A program made the translations under genes and the position numbers. The notes beneath the pieces are model-generated. The model saw only the letters and a list, made by a program, of their open reading frames with translations, did no database searches and had not been told where the DNA came from. This document shows, in pieces, positions 28,292 to 38,111 of a stretch of DNA of 64,000 nucleotides (position 1 is the stretch's first letter; each line of letters starts with the position of its first letter). This DNA is from a virus. Lineage: Duplodnaviria; Caudoviricetes. Where the stretch lies: positions 32,001 through 96,000 of the IMG/VR virus record IMGVR_UViG_3300029258_002326, one strand, 5' to 3'.

Positions 28292-28755
28292 ACAAACTGG
28301 TCACCAGAGGGCTTGGGCCAGGCCATCTACTGATCACTGGCGGATTTAACGTAGGCAGATTCCTTGATGAGCTTGTGGAGATTCTCCGCATGACATCAAA
28401 GATTGCGACGTCCATGGGTCTTACATCCAAGGTCGTCACGTCCATGGATCTTGTGTCCAGGACGTTGTCATCTATGGGGATCACGTCGGGTGTTACAGCG
28501 TCCATGGATCTTGTGTCGAAGGTAACGGAATCCATGGATCTGGTGTCCAGGGCGCTGTTGTCCATGGATCTGTCGTCTAAAGTCACAACGTCCATGGGGA
28601 TTGTGTCCAAGACGTTATCGTCCATGGAGCTTTCATCTAAGACATTGTCGTCCATGGATCTTTCATCTAAAGTTGCAACATCTATGGAACTAGTGTCCAA
28701 AGTAGTGGCAGCCGTGACCGGAACATCGAAAGTGGACCTAGAGGGAGAAGAATAA
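28288..28755 (+). CDS. Protein with about 11 tandem 10-aa repeats
   Basis: SM(D/G/E)LxSKxxx repeats; TC(C/T)ATGG recurs every 30 nt from 28411 to 28681. Confidence 0.65.
   Translation: MNKLVTRGLGPGHLLITGGFNVGRFLDELVEILRMTSKIATSMGLTSKVVTSMDLVSRTLSSMGITSGVTASMDLVSKVTESMDLVSRALLSMDLSSKVTTSMGIVSKTLSSMELSSKTLSSMDLSSKVATSMELVSKVVAAVTGTSKVDLEGEE
28411..28710 (+). repeat. 30-bp coding tandem repeat (10 copies)
   Basis: Units start at 28411, 28441 ... 28681. Confidence 0.9.
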
Positions 28756-29063
28756 TGACCTGTAGCACTCCATGTGATTGTCCAGGAAAGTACTATGTCG
28801 GAGACATCGGGACTATTATCATTATCGATGTTTGCAGCGATATAACTACGGCTACCCTCATGGCGTTGGACGTAACCAAACCGGACGGAACCACCGATAG
28901 GTGGGTGGGCTCTCTTTCTGGGTCAACGAGTATTCAGTACGTGGTTGACGTGGATGACTTCGACCAGGCGGGAGAGTATCGAGTTCAGTCTTATATTGAG
29001 ATGCCGAACTGGAGTGGGCACGGGGACACTACCCAGTTCACAGTTAGCGAAGTGTATCAGTAA
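28755..29063 (+). CDS. Small BppU-N-like Ig-fold structural protein
   Basis: GDIGT..., KPDGT..W, IQY....DFDQAGEY.VQ motifs. Confidence 0.6.
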   Translation: MTCSTPCDCPGKYYVGDIGTIIIIDVCSDITTATLMALDVTKPDGTTDRWVGSLSGSTSIQYVVDVDDFDQAGEYRVQSYIEMPNWSGHGDTTQFTVSEVYQ

Positions 29064-29959
29064 TGAGCGAGAAGACTCTCAGGTATAGGCCGCCAAGGCT
29101 TTCCACAGAGTCTCCTGTGCCTGCGATCTTTATGACCCGCAAGCACATCAAGATGTACAACGAGATGGTTAGCGATGCGCTGGACAGGGCTGACTGGGGG
29201 ATGATGCTGTTCCTATTGGAAGTAGCGAATATCGTGAGGAGCAAGGTTCAGCAACTGGCGCCAGATCTTCTTGTTGGAAAAGAAAAGGTTTCATACGCGG
29301 ATGATCTTCGCATTGCCCTTCTCCATGTCGAGAAGAGCAACGTAGCCGTTGCGATATATCTCGATTCCAGGTCGTTCAAGGTAAGCGAGAAGGACGTGGA
29401 TAAACTCGCTTTGTTTTTTCAGCCCAAACATGGGTCGCCGGAGTGGGTTGACGTGCTGAGGCACTATGGTCCTTGGCCGTCCGACATGCTCCCGTTTTAT
29501 GTTCCAGAGGGAAAGGCGCGGATTATCTCGCGCCGTGCTCGCGAGGATGAGATTGGAGCACTGAAGAGACGGATACTGAAGCAGCGTAAAGCCATACAGA
29601 AGGCACTGAGGGCGACCAAGGCTCCGAGCTATGAAATCCAAGAAGACGGTTACAACGCTACGTCTGGGAATGCCGTCGGGATTGTGGCTAGAGAAGACAT
29701 GGGGTACAATGTGCTCAGGGCAGAGTTTGGGTACGACGGGGAGTCGCAAAATGCTCACTGGAGACCTGCTCTGAGGGCATTGGATGACGAAATCCCTGGC
29801 CTAATGAGAAAGTATATCGAGTATGTTGAAACCGGCAGAGAAAGCTCATTTAACATACCCAGTGAAGTGCTGGAGATGACCAGTGCTGAATACAGAAAGG
29901 GCGATGCGTTTGCGAGAGCGCTTGCGCCGTATGCACCCACGGGGAAAGTTGGAGGATGA
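29063..29959 (+). CDS. Putative neck/tail-completion protein
   Basis: EFG...HWRPAL motif; lies upstream of the tail terminator and sheath. Confidence 0.45.
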   Translation: MSEKTLRYRPPRLSTESPVPAIFMTRKHIKMYNEMVSDALDRADWGMMLFLLEVANIVRSKVQQLAPDLLVGKEKVSYADDLRIALLHVEKSNVAVAIYLDSRSFKVSEKDVDKLALFFQPKHGSPEWVDVLRHYGPWPSDMLPFYVPEGKARIISRRAREDEIGALKRRILKQRKAIQKALRATKAPSYEIQEDGYNATSGNAVGIVAREDMGYNVLRAEFGYDGESQNAHWRPALRALDDEIPGLMRKYIEYVETGRESSFNIPSEVLEMTSAEYRKGDAFARALAPYAPTGKVGG

Positions 29960-29960
29960 C

Positions 29961-30134
29961 ATGGAAGATAAGCTGAAGGAACTAAACGTAACGTTGAAGG
30001 ATGTAGAGAACAACCTGATGAGTCGAAAGATTGAGCGCCAGGATGCGACGATCGACGACGCGTTGGAGATTATCAATATGGCCCAGGAAGCTGGAGCCAT
30101 CGAAGTAGACGATTGCGCAGCGTGCGGAGACTGA
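29961..30134 (+). CDS. Small hypothetical protein
   Basis: ATG 29961 after GGAGG; 57 aa, ends with CxxC. Confidence 0.5.
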   Translation: MEDKLKELNVTLKDVENNLMSRKIERQDATIDDALEIINMAQEAGAIEVDDCAACGD

Positions 30135-30138
30135 ACTC

Positions 30139-30154
30139 GCGAACTTGAGTTCGC
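30139..30154 (+). repeat. Dispersed palindromic motif, copy 4
   Basis: GCGAACTTGAGTTCGC, intergenic. Confidence 0.92.
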
Positions 30155-30166
30155 AAGGGGCAGCAA

Positions 30167-30865
30167 ATGACAGTAATCGGAACAGCGGATATTCGAGACT
30201 GGGATGAAGGGTGTATGCAGACTCTCGGCGCCGAGATCACGACATATGTTGTGGACGGCGATACCCGGAATATTTACGCGTGCGATGTTCCGGGACTTGA
30301 CTCTGGCTTCCCTGCCATAGATGGAAAAGTTCCGTGTCAATTTGTTGAGCCAGAGGGAGTGTATCAGCCGTACAGGGTTCCGTGTTTCCAGTTTAGGCGT
30401 TCTGATATGACTCCGGCGTTTGATCGCCACCCTTGGTATCAATGGGTTGCAAGAGGCCCTTCGAAGACAGCCAGGAAGGTCACTCTTGAAGACGGGACAG
30501 AGGGTTATACTGAGTATGAGAACCAATGGCGGGGTACTCCGTTTGACATATCTTACGAGTGCAGCGTCATTGCGAGGCGACAGCAGGACTCAACCCTTAT
30601 GCTGACATATGCGCTTAGGCACTTTCTTCCGCCGAGCTTCATTTTCAAAATAATTGACAGTCTAGGGGACGTGCGGGAATATGATGCTGTAGATGTGTCT
30701 ATTACGAACGCTTCGGAGCTTGTCGATATTGCGGACAGAGTTGTTGCCTGGTCGGTGTCCTTTGTTGTTCGTGGCGAGGTTGATCTACATGACTCGCGTG
30801 AATTCCCGGCCATGTTGGAACCGAGGATTACGTATGAGCAATTCGTGATAGGCGAGGAGGATTAG
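30167..30865 (+). CDS. Tail terminator/sheath stabiliser (gp15-like)
   Basis: PFDISYECSVIARRQQD...WSVSFVVRGEVD; position before the sheath. Confidence 0.6.
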   Translation: MTVIGTADIRDWDEGCMQTLGAEITTYVVDGDTRNIYACDVPGLDSGFPAIDGKVPCQFVEPEGVYQPYRVPCFQFRRSDMTPAFDRHPWYQWVARGPSKTARKVTLEDGTEGYTEYENQWRGTPFDISYECSVIARRQQDSTLMLTYALRHFLPPSFIFKIIDSLGDVREYDAVDVSITNASELVDIADRVVAWSVSFVVRGEVDLHDSREFPAMLEPRITYEQFVIGEED

Positions 30866-30867
30866 AA

Positions 30868-31305
30868 ATGCCGTGGTTTTACTATTCAGGAACTGTTTCG
30901 AGATCTATCCCTGTAAAAAAAGGTTTGAGCGTTGCGGTGCGGCCACATTCGAGGGTTGAGATTTTCGATGCTCAGGCTCGCGAAGTGCAGAGTTTGATCA
31001 AAAAAGGGCAGCTGAAGAGGACCGGCAAGCCCGCAGGCGTTGAGAGCACAATTAACGCTGAGACAGTGACAGGAAAAGACATTGAGAGTGTGACTCCTCG
31101 CTCGGCTATCGCTGATAGCTTTGCGGAAAAAGGAATCTCCACTGGTCCTGACAAGCCCCCTAAGAAGCTCAAGGGGGCTCCCGAGATGACATCTGCTGAA
31201 GTAGGATTAGCTGAGGGTGACAAGCCCGTGGTTGACGAGTTGAAAAGCGTTGAGAGCAAAAAAGAAAAACAAGGCAAAGGAAAAAGCAAAAAACGCGATG
31301 CGTAG
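30868..31305 (+). CDS. Hypothetical protein
   Basis: GGAGG RBS; ORF before the sheath. Confidence 0.5.
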   Translation: MPWFYYSGTVSRSIPVKKGLSVAVRPHSRVEIFDAQAREVQSLIKKGQLKRTGKPAGVESTINAETVTGKDIESVTPRSAIADSFAEKGISTGPDKPPKKLKGAPEMTSAEVGLAEGDKPVVDELKSVESKKEKQGKGKSKKRDA

Positions 31306-31333
31306 GCGCTAAACTCGGCAAACGGAGCTAAAA

Positions 31334-34195
31334 ATGACAGATTACACGTACCCAGGGGTATATGTGCAGGAGCAGTCGAGCGGTCCAGGACCGATCACTG
31401 GCGTCTCCACATCGAACTTAGGATTGCTCGGTTGGACTAACAAGGGTCCAATCGACGAGCCTACACTGTGCACCAGCTTCTCTGATTTCAAGACGAAGTT
31501 CGGGACATTTACCGAAGACGGCCTAACGCCAACAATGGCGTATGCGTTCTTCCAAAACGGTGGGCAGCGTGCGTACGTCGTGCGTGCGGCTCCGTCCGAT
31601 GCTGACGAGGCATACTACGACTACGAGTACACGATTCCCTCCGGGAGCGAAGAGGATCTTGGAAACACAGTCGAGGCGAGTGGCATTTACGAGCTTCAAC
31701 TTGCACATCCCCCGGTTACGCCGGGTTCGGTGACGATTACCTTCGAGGGTACTCTCACCAATATCTTTACTGACCCAGGTTCGGACGGAGTGCTTGTCGC
31801 TTCTGGAACTGGCGCTGGCGGATCGGGATCTATCGATTACACCACTGGCGAAGTCAACATTACGCTGACCAACCCTGCTCAGTTCACAGGTAGCTCCTAT
31901 CACATTGAGGCCGTGTACACTTATCGCGTGTTCCGCTTCCAGATGAAATGGCCTGGGGCTGCGGGGAATTATTACCGCGTAAGGATCACTCCTGGGTCTG
32001 ATGACTACCAGGTGTCTGGACAGGCTGAGTGGACTCGGTTCAACGTGTTTGTTGACGAGGATATTGATGCCGGGGCAACTGGCATTTCCTCATGGGTGGT
32101 GGATGAGCAGTTTACCGACTTGGTATTCGACGATCCATCCGATCCGAACTACGTAGCCACGATTTTGAATGCTGATTACAATGGCTCGGATTTCTTCGAG
32201 GTCATTGGATACGGCAACGAAATGAACCCGACTGAGCTGGCTGGTGTTGCCACGACAGCAGAGGATTTCTCTGCGACTATGGTACACAGTGACGACTCTT
32301 CGGTTGTCACTCCTGACCACTACAACACGAAGTGGAAGGGTTGGACTTACGACCTAGCGAACGGAGCATATCCTGCGACGTTCACCGCCAGCTTCACATT
32401 TGAAGAGGGTGGGCCTCTCATGGCCAGAAGCGTTGCAGCGGCAGCTACTGCTACTGTAGTGGGTCCAGATGTCTTCGATACGACATTGCTACCCATCACC
32501 GCTGGGACGGTTCGCATTAGCGCCAAGCTGACAGGTGACGGATTCGTAGACATCGTGGACGACGGAGCCGGTAACCTCACAGAGGCAAAGACATCCACAG
32601 CCGTGGGTACAATCGATTACACAACCGGTGCCATTGCTGATACGGGTGCTGTAGCTAACCAACTCAACGTTGGCGGTGTTGGTCTTGCTGACACATTCGC
32701 AGTTGGCTCTGACATCCGCTGGTGCAGTGGGACTCAGATCGGAACCGGAGCAGCTGGTCCTGCGGCTGCGGCGGCTATCGTATCTCCTGGGACGGCTTCT
32801 GCTCCTGCGGCAATCACACCTGGCAGCGTTCGCATCTCTGCTACTCTGACTGGCGACGGAACGGTATCCATCGTTGATGACGGAGCGGGAAGTCTCTCTG
32901 AGTCGCTGACGAGCACTGTGGTTGGATCAATCGACTACACAACCGGAATCATCTCCGACACTGGCGCTACAGCGAATCAGCTGGACGTAGGCGGTGTTGG
33001 TCTTGCTGACACGTTCGTAGCGGGTTCTGCGATTTACTTGGAATGCCAGTACGCAGCCGTGGTCGACGTTTCTGATGATGGAGACGGATACCTCTCGCTG
33101 GCTACCACGCAGGCGACTGGTTATCCTCAGAAGTTCGTTCTTGATTCCAACGGGACCAACGAGATCGATTACACGACTGGCAACTTTACGTTGACCTGGT
33201 CGGTGAGTGGGAATCCTGCTCTCAGCATTTCCTCGGCGGTCACTCAGGTAGCCACGTACTATACATACCCAAGCACAAGCATTGAAGGGGAGATGGCGCT
33301 GGGAAGCAACGGATCTGCGATGACGTCTTCGGACATCGTTGGAGCGTCCTTGGCTTCTGACCAGAAGGGCCTCTGGGCGTTTGGCAAGGTTGATGAGTTG
33401 ATGCAGTTAGTTGCATCCGACTTCCAGACCGATGTCACTGTTGCCGACGCGCTAATCACCTATGCAGAATTGACACAGGACAAGTTCGTTATCCTGACAG
33501 TTCCTGCTGGACTGACTCCGCAAGAAGCTCTCACTTGGAAGAAATTCCAGTTGAACAAGTACACCTCCTACGCTGCTTTATACTACCCGCACATCAAGAT
33601 CATCGATCCTGTGACGGATGTAGCGACAGACGTTCCTTGTGGTGGTCACGTAGCAGGCGTCTATGCGCGTACTGATACAGTCCGCAACGTAGGCAAGGCT
33701 CCTGCGGGCACCGACGACGGTCGTCTTAACTGGGCAATCGGCCTAGAGCAGGATCTAACTCCTGAGCAAGTCGGAACGGTATATCCGAACCGAATCAACT
33801 GCTTGGTTCAATGGCCGCACACTGGTCGATGCGTATGGGGTGCTCGCACTCTAGACATCGCAGGCGGAGAATGGCCGTACATCCAGGGTCGTCGTTTGTT
33901 CATGTTCCTGAAGAAGTCCGTGTTCAACGCGACTCATGGTCATGTGTTCAAAAACAACGGACCTCAGCTGTGGTCTGCCATCAGAACTCAGGTTTCCAGC
34001 TTCATGACAGGTTTGTTCCAGGCCGGTTATTTCGCGGGAACCACTCCGGACGAGTCGTTCTTCGTAGTATGCGACCGAACGAACAATCCTCAGAACACCG
34101 TGGATCAGGGCATTGTATTCTGTGACGTTGGTGCAGCTACCAACAAACCAGCAGAATATTTGGTATTTAGATTTTCCCAAAGAAGCCTAGCATAA
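31334..34195 (+). CDS. Contractile tail sheath protein with inserted repeated domains
   Basis: YPGVYVQE, KGPIDEP, FFQNGG.RAYVVR, YAALYYP, GVYARTD..RNVGKAPAG, WGARTL, KPAEYLVFR. Confidence 0.96.
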   Translation: MTDYTYPGVYVQEQSSGPGPITGVSTSNLGLLGWTNKGPIDEPTLCTSFSDFKTKFGTFTEDGLTPTMAYAFFQNGGQRAYVVRAAPSDADEAYYDYEYTIPSGSEEDLGNTVEASGIYELQLAHPPVTPGSVTITFEGTLTNIFTDPGSDGVLVASGTGAGGSGSIDYTTGEVNITLTNPAQFTGSSYHIEAVYTYRVFRFQMKWPGAAGNYYRVRITPGSDDYQVSGQAEWTRFNVFVDEDIDAGATGISSWVVDEQFTDLVFDDPSDPNYVATILNADYNGSDFFEVIGYGNEMNPTELAGVATTAEDFSATMVHSDDSSVVTPDHYNTKWKGWTYDLANGAYPATFTASFTFEEGGPLMARSVAAAATATVVGPDVFDTTLLPITAGTVRISAKLTGDGFVDIVDDGAGNLTEAKTSTAVGTIDYTTGAIADTGAVANQLNVGGVGLADTFAVGSDIRWCSGTQIGTGAAGPAAAAAIVSPGTASAPAAITPGSVRISATLTGDGTVSIVDDGAGSLSESLTSTVVGSIDYTTGIISDTGATANQLDVGGVGLADTFVAGSAIYLECQYAAVVDVSDDGDGYLSLATTQATGYPQKFVLDSNGTNEIDYTTGNFTLTWSVSGNPALSISSAVTQVATYYTYPSTSIEGEMALGSNGSAMTSSDIVGASLASDQKGLWAFGKVDELMQLVASDFQTDVTVADALITYAELTQDKFVILTVPAGLTPQEALTWKKFQLNKYTSYAALYYPHIKIIDPVTDVATDVPCGGHVAGVYARTDTVRNVGKAPAGTDDGRLNWAIGLEQDLTPEQVGTVYPNRINCLVQWPHTGRCVWGARTLDIAGGEWPYIQGRRLFMFLKKSVFNATHGHVFKNNGPQLWSAIRTQVSSFMTGLFQAGYFAGTTPDESFFVVCDRTNNPQNTVDQGIVFCDVGAATNKPAEYLVFRFSQRSLA

Positions 34196-34285
34196 CCGAG
34201 GATTTTGACTGTGAATTGTTTGACACAGCATTCTGTTTCCAATAGAAGCGCAGCACATGTTGCTGTGAAAGAAATGGAGACTAAT

Positions 34286-35143
34286 ATGGTGTTGTCAAGC
34301 GAGGAGCAGTTGGAAGTTGTTAGGCTGTACGAGGGTGACGATATGACGACGAAGGGCATTGCGAGCAGATTTGGTGTCTCTGATACCACTGTCCGCAATG
34401 TTCTCCGTAGTCATGGGATCACTCCTCACAGGGGGAGTAAGGCGATTTTGCCAGAGGCAGAGGATCGTATGATTTCTCTGTATGAATCTGGCCTCAATGT
34501 CCATGATGTCGCCAAGGGGTGCGGTGTTGTTCCGTCCACGGTTCTGAAGGTTCTGCGTCGCAGAGGGATCGAGCGTCGAGCGAATGTTAAGCGCAAGGTT
34601 CTTTCCGATGAGCAACGTTTGGAGCTTGCTCGTAAATACGCGGACGGATCTACATTTAGCGACTTAGAGAGTGAGTACAAGGTGTCTTGCTCGGTGGTCA
34701 AGAGTTGCTTGGATGAATTCAATGTTGAGCACCGAACCAGTGGCAGGGCCGGGTCGATTGAGTACATGGACACCCTTGGTCAAACGTGGATGTTCAAATC
34801 GACCTGGGAGCATCTTTACGCGCAGTGGCTGGACAAAGGGGGCTTCAGGTGGTCGTATGAGCCGCGCAGTTTCGATCTGAGCGAGCGACGGTGCTACACA
34901 CCAGATTTCTCTGTGGTTGTCGATGGGTCTGTTGAATACCACGAGGTAAAGGGTTGGCTTAATGAAAAGGCAGAGGATCGCATGCGTGAGTTTGTGTCCA
35001 TGTATCCGAGCGAGACGCTTGTTCTCGTTGGGCCTTCTGACATGGCGAGACTAGGATTGGTAGAAGAATGGTATCAGCGGCATTCGATGGCGGATGTCGT
35101 CGATGCTTTTAAGGCGTCCCTGGTAGCGAAGGAGGAGAGATGA
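34286..35143 (+). CDS. Free-standing HTH-repeat + PD-(D/E)XK endonuclease (homing-endonuclease-like)
   Basis: Three HTH-like units (IASRFGVSDTTVRNVL etc.) then FKSTWE..YEP..YTPDF..YHEVKGW. Confidence 0.75.
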   Translation: MVLSSEEQLEVVRLYEGDDMTTKGIASRFGVSDTTVRNVLRSHGITPHRGSKAILPEAEDRMISLYESGLNVHDVAKGCGVVPSTVLKVLRRRGIERRANVKRKVLSDEQRLELARKYADGSTFSDLESEYKVSCSVVKSCLDEFNVEHRTSGRAGSIEYMDTLGQTWMFKSTWEHLYAQWLDKGGFRWSYEPRSFDLSERRCYTPDFSVVVDGSVEYHEVKGWLNEKAEDRMREFVSMYPSETLVLVGPSDMARLGLVEEWYQRHSMADVVDAFKASLVAKEER

Positions 35144-35901
35144 GTACTGAAGTTATCCCAGCTGTGCAGGTGCACGAGGTCATAACCGGCGTGACATTAG
35201 GGGGAGATCCTCCAGATGTAGACGGCACGGACGAGACGCTCTACAGAGGGCGCATCCAGGAATGGCTAGGCGCTTCGCAGGGCGGAGAATTCTCGGCTCC
35301 GGATGGCATAGGGATGCGAGTCTCTCAGGTCTTCTGGAACTTGGATTGTGCCACTGACCCGGATGTCTCCATTTACTTGGTAGACGACGGTGGAATCGAA
35401 TATCTCGTTAGTACGGAGAGTGCTCTTTCGGGGAGCTACATCCAGACAAACGGCGGGATACTCGTTCCTCCTTCGTTCAAGCTCCGGGTTAAGGCGAATG
35501 TGGCGATTGATTCAGCCACATCGGTAGCCTCTGAAGATACAGGGGTTACAGGGGATGGAACGACATCAGATTACAGCGTTCAGCTTGCTAATCGTCCTGT
35601 TACCACGTCGTCTGTTTCACTGGTCGCTGGTTCTGTCACTTTCACCGATAACGGCGCAGGCGTTCTAACGGGTGCAGGCGGCGGCGGCGGAACAGGGACT
35701 ATCAACTATGTGACAGGGGCTGTTGAGATCACGGTGACTACACCTAGTGATTTCAATGGAACGAATGTGATTGCCACGTATGATTATGACAGCGTGGGTC
35801 GTGTGATGGTTTACACGGCGCAGGAATGGGGAACGTTGACAACTTCCTTGTTCGGCCAAATAGGAACACAAGTATTACCACCGGCCATGCAAAGATCGTA
35901 A
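35140..35901 (+). CDS. Hypothetical tail-associated protein
   Basis: Contains the D.G.G.L...GTINYVTG domain also repeated in the sheath. Confidence 0.55.
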   Translation: MSTEVIPAVQVHEVITGVTLGGDPPDVDGTDETLYRGRIQEWLGASQGGEFSAPDGIGMRVSQVFWNLDCATDPDVSIYLVDDGGIEYLVSTESALSGSYIQTNGGILVPPSFKLRVKANVAIDSATSVASEDTGVTGDGTTSDYSVQLANRPVTTSSVSLVAGSVTFTDNGAGVLTGAGGGGGTGTINYVTGAVEITVTTPSDFNGTNVIATYDYDSVGRVMVYTAQEWGTLTTSLFGQIGTQVLPPAMQRS

Positions 35902-35919
35902 GGCTGGAAGGAGAGAGTT

Positions 35920-36444
35920 ATGTCACGAGCAGCAGTCGATGATCTTATGCAAGGATTCCGGTTCCACGTTGTCGCTCAAACGGCAGGCGGAGAGAATCCC
36001 CTTGAGTATGCTCGCCAGGGTGAATACCAGGGCGGTGGGCAAGCCGGTTTCACGTCGGCAACTCTTCCTGAGCTATCGGTAGAGGTCGCTGAGTACAGAG
36101 AAGGCACATTCCAGTGGACTCAGAAGTACGCTGGCGTTCCTACTGTCTCCGACGTCTCCTTGATGCGTGGTGTTGCGAAGCAGGATACTGCATTCTTGGA
36201 CTGGGTAAGAGCCTCAGTTGATGGAGAAGAGTATCGTTGCGACGTAACCATTTACCACTACCAACGCACAGAGATGGGTCAAGCAAGCCAGTCTGAGGTT
36301 GGAGACGACATCCGTCGCGTGGAATGCAAAAACTGTGTTCCTATTCGTGGTAAAGCGGCTGGCGATTTCGATTCAACATCTTCCGAAGTCTCTGTTTCTG
36401 AAGTTGACTTCGCGTTGGAATCTTTCGAGATCAAAACTTCGTAG
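35920..36444 (+). CDS. Tail tube protein (T4 gp19-like family)
   Basis: FRFHV, AGF...LPE...EYREG, KYAG..T.SDVSL.RG, FLDW, DFDSTSSEV. Confidence 0.9.
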   Translation: MSRAAVDDLMQGFRFHVVAQTAGGENPLEYARQGEYQGGGQAGFTSATLPELSVEVAEYREGTFQWTQKYAGVPTVSDVSLMRGVAKQDTAFLDWVRASVDGEEYRCDVTIYHYQRTEMGQASQSEVGDDIRRVECKNCVPIRGKAAGDFDSTSSEVSVSEVDFALESFEIKTS

Positions 36445-36461
36445 AGAGGTGGTGACGCTCA

Positions 36462-38039
36462 ATGGCCAGGAGTCGCACAGAAGATCTGATGTTAACGCAT
36501 CGTTTCTGGCTAATGGACGTCGTCCCTAGCGCTACGTTTCCCTTCCTTGTTTTAGGTACGCCCTTCATGGGTTTCCAGTCGATCACCTCTCCTGAGTACA
36601 CGGCAGAAATGGTCGAGATCAAAGAGTTGAACTCGATGTACAAGAAGTACGGGTACGGGGGAGGCTCGGTCTCCCCTATTACTCTTACTCGTGGCGTGCG
36701 CGGATACGACGAAACAATGTGGAACTGGATGCAGACGGCTATTCGTGGAAATGATATGACGAATCGCCATCTCGTCCTTCTCCATTTCACAAACATGGCC
36801 ATGCCGGTAGGTGGAGATAGCGATCTCCCGTTTGACGCTTGGGAGACCAGGCCGTTTTTGCCGGGCAAGGCATGGCTTCTGTGGGATTGCTTAGATGAGG
36901 ACACTGAGATCCTGACAAGCAAAGGATGGAGGGGAAGCGATGGTGTTAAGGAGGGCGATCTTGTTTACTCGATGAATGTCGAGACGGAGAAGCTGGAAAC
37001 AGTCCCAGTTGATGGGTATGTGAAGCGTAGAAGGGCGCCTGATGATGACATGGTTTCTGTAGCAGGACGACGTTTTAACTTCAGGGTTACGGGTAAACAC
37101 GGGTTCTACCTCAAGCCTTCCAATGGTGGCGCCATGGTTCGGCATCAGGCTGCGGATCTTTTGTCGTTAAAAGGAGAGCACTTGATGCCCGTTGCTTCTC
37201 GCATGTCTAGCGAACACAAGGGTGTCGATTTGACCGACGATGAGCTTCGTTTTGTCGCGTGGTTTGTAACGGATGGTCACCTCAAGGAAGGCCAGAGGCT
37301 GATCATATCCCAAGCCAAAGAATACCGTAACGACATTAGGGATCTTCTGAGTAGGATAGGCTTGCACTTCACGGAGCGGGTTATTGAGCGATCCGTGGAT
37401 GATGGTTCGTATGCGAATGGCAAGCCTCTTCACGAGTTTGGCGTCCCCAAGGGAACGGGGGGCAAGGGCCTGTCCGGGTGGAGTAGGTACAGCGAGTATC
37501 TTGACAAGGATATTTCTGAATTGCTTCACGACATGACCCGTGATCAGTTTATGGTTTTCTGGAAAGAGCTTGTAAAAGGAAATGGCTTCTTCCTGAATGA
37601 AGAAGATGACGATTGGATAAACAATTCTCAGTTGTGGTGTCCCTCCAAGGAGCAGGCTGACGCCCTTGTGTGGATGGCGACGGTGCGCGGAGTAGCGCTT
37701 AGCTGCTATGAGCGGGAGACAGAAAATGGGCATGCTATGTATTGCCTTACGGCACGGGACAAAGAGTGGATAATTGTTCGCCCTGGACGCATGGCGGAAA
37801 GAGAAAAGCCCCTTATCAAAGAGAGGGTTTTTGTAGATGAATTCGTATGGTGCGTATCGAATAGGAATCGCAGTATCGTAACAAGAAGAGGCGGAAAGGT
37901 CGCTATCATGGGTAATTGCCTCCCGACTCGGTACAAGGCGGCGTCAGACTTCGACGCAACCAGTTCGAGCGTCAGTATCTCGGAGCTAGAGATACAACCC
38001 CAAGCGGTCACAGAAATGACCCTGCTGGATCCGACGTAG
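36462..38039 (+). CDS. Second tail-tube-like protein (182 aa after splicing) with intein
   Basis: GFQSITSPE..ITLTRG..MWNW; spliced WLLWD|CLPTRYKAASDFDATSSSVSISEL aligns with ORF 35920. Confidence 0.88.
   Translation: MARSRTEDLMLTHRFWLMDVVPSATFPFLVLGTPFMGFQSITSPEYTAEMVEIKELNSMYKKYGYGGGSVSPITLTRGVRGYDETMWNWMQTAIRGNDMTNRHLVLLHFTNMAMPVGGDSDLPFDAWETRPFLPGKAWLLWDCLDEDTEILTSKGWRGSDGVKEGDLVYSMNVETEKLETVPVDGYVKRRRAPDDDMVSVAGRRFNFRVTGKHGFYLKPSNGGAMVRHQAADLLSLKGEHLMPVASRMSSEHKGVDLTDDELRFVAWFVTDGHLKEGQRLIISQAKEYRNDIRDLLSRIGLHFTERVIERSVDDGSYANGKPLHEFGVPKGTGGKGLSGWSRYSEYLDKDISELLHDMTRDQFMVFWKELVKGNGFFLNEEDDDWINNSQLWCPSKEQADALVWMATVRGVALSCYERETENGHAMYCLTARDKEWIIVRPGRMAEREKPLIKERVFVDEFVWCVSNRNRSIVTRRGGKVAIMGNCLPTRYKAASDFDATSSSVSISELEIQPQAVTEMTLLDPT
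36888..37916 (+). mobile_element. Intein (343 aa) with a LAGLIDADG-type endonuclease in the tail-tube gene
   Basis: D|CLDEDTEILTSKGW, VTGKH, FVAWFVTDGH and WKELVKGNG, ending VWCV...TRRGGKVAIMGN|C. Confidence 0.92.
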
Positions 38040-38081
38040 AAGTGTTGACAAACAACCCTAAAGGGGTTAAAGAACTAGTAC

Positions 38082-38097
38082 ACGAACTTGAGTTCGT
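38082..38097 (+). repeat. Dispersed palindromic motif, copy 5
   Basis: ACGAACTTGAGTTCGT, intergenic. Confidence 0.92.
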
Positions 38098-38111
38098 TAA
38101 GGAGTGTTGAG

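Noticed and set aside
28411-28710. Regularly spaced TCCATGGA palindromes resembling a CRISPR array
   Set aside because: The period is exactly 30 nt, variation follows codon positions of a 10-aa protein repeat, there are no unique spacers and no cas genes.
38045-38073. TTGACA promoter candidates at 38045, 34220 and 46205 (- strand)
   Set aside because: The -10 hexamers at 17-nt spacing are poor (TAAAGA, TAGAAG, AATATC), so they were not called as features.
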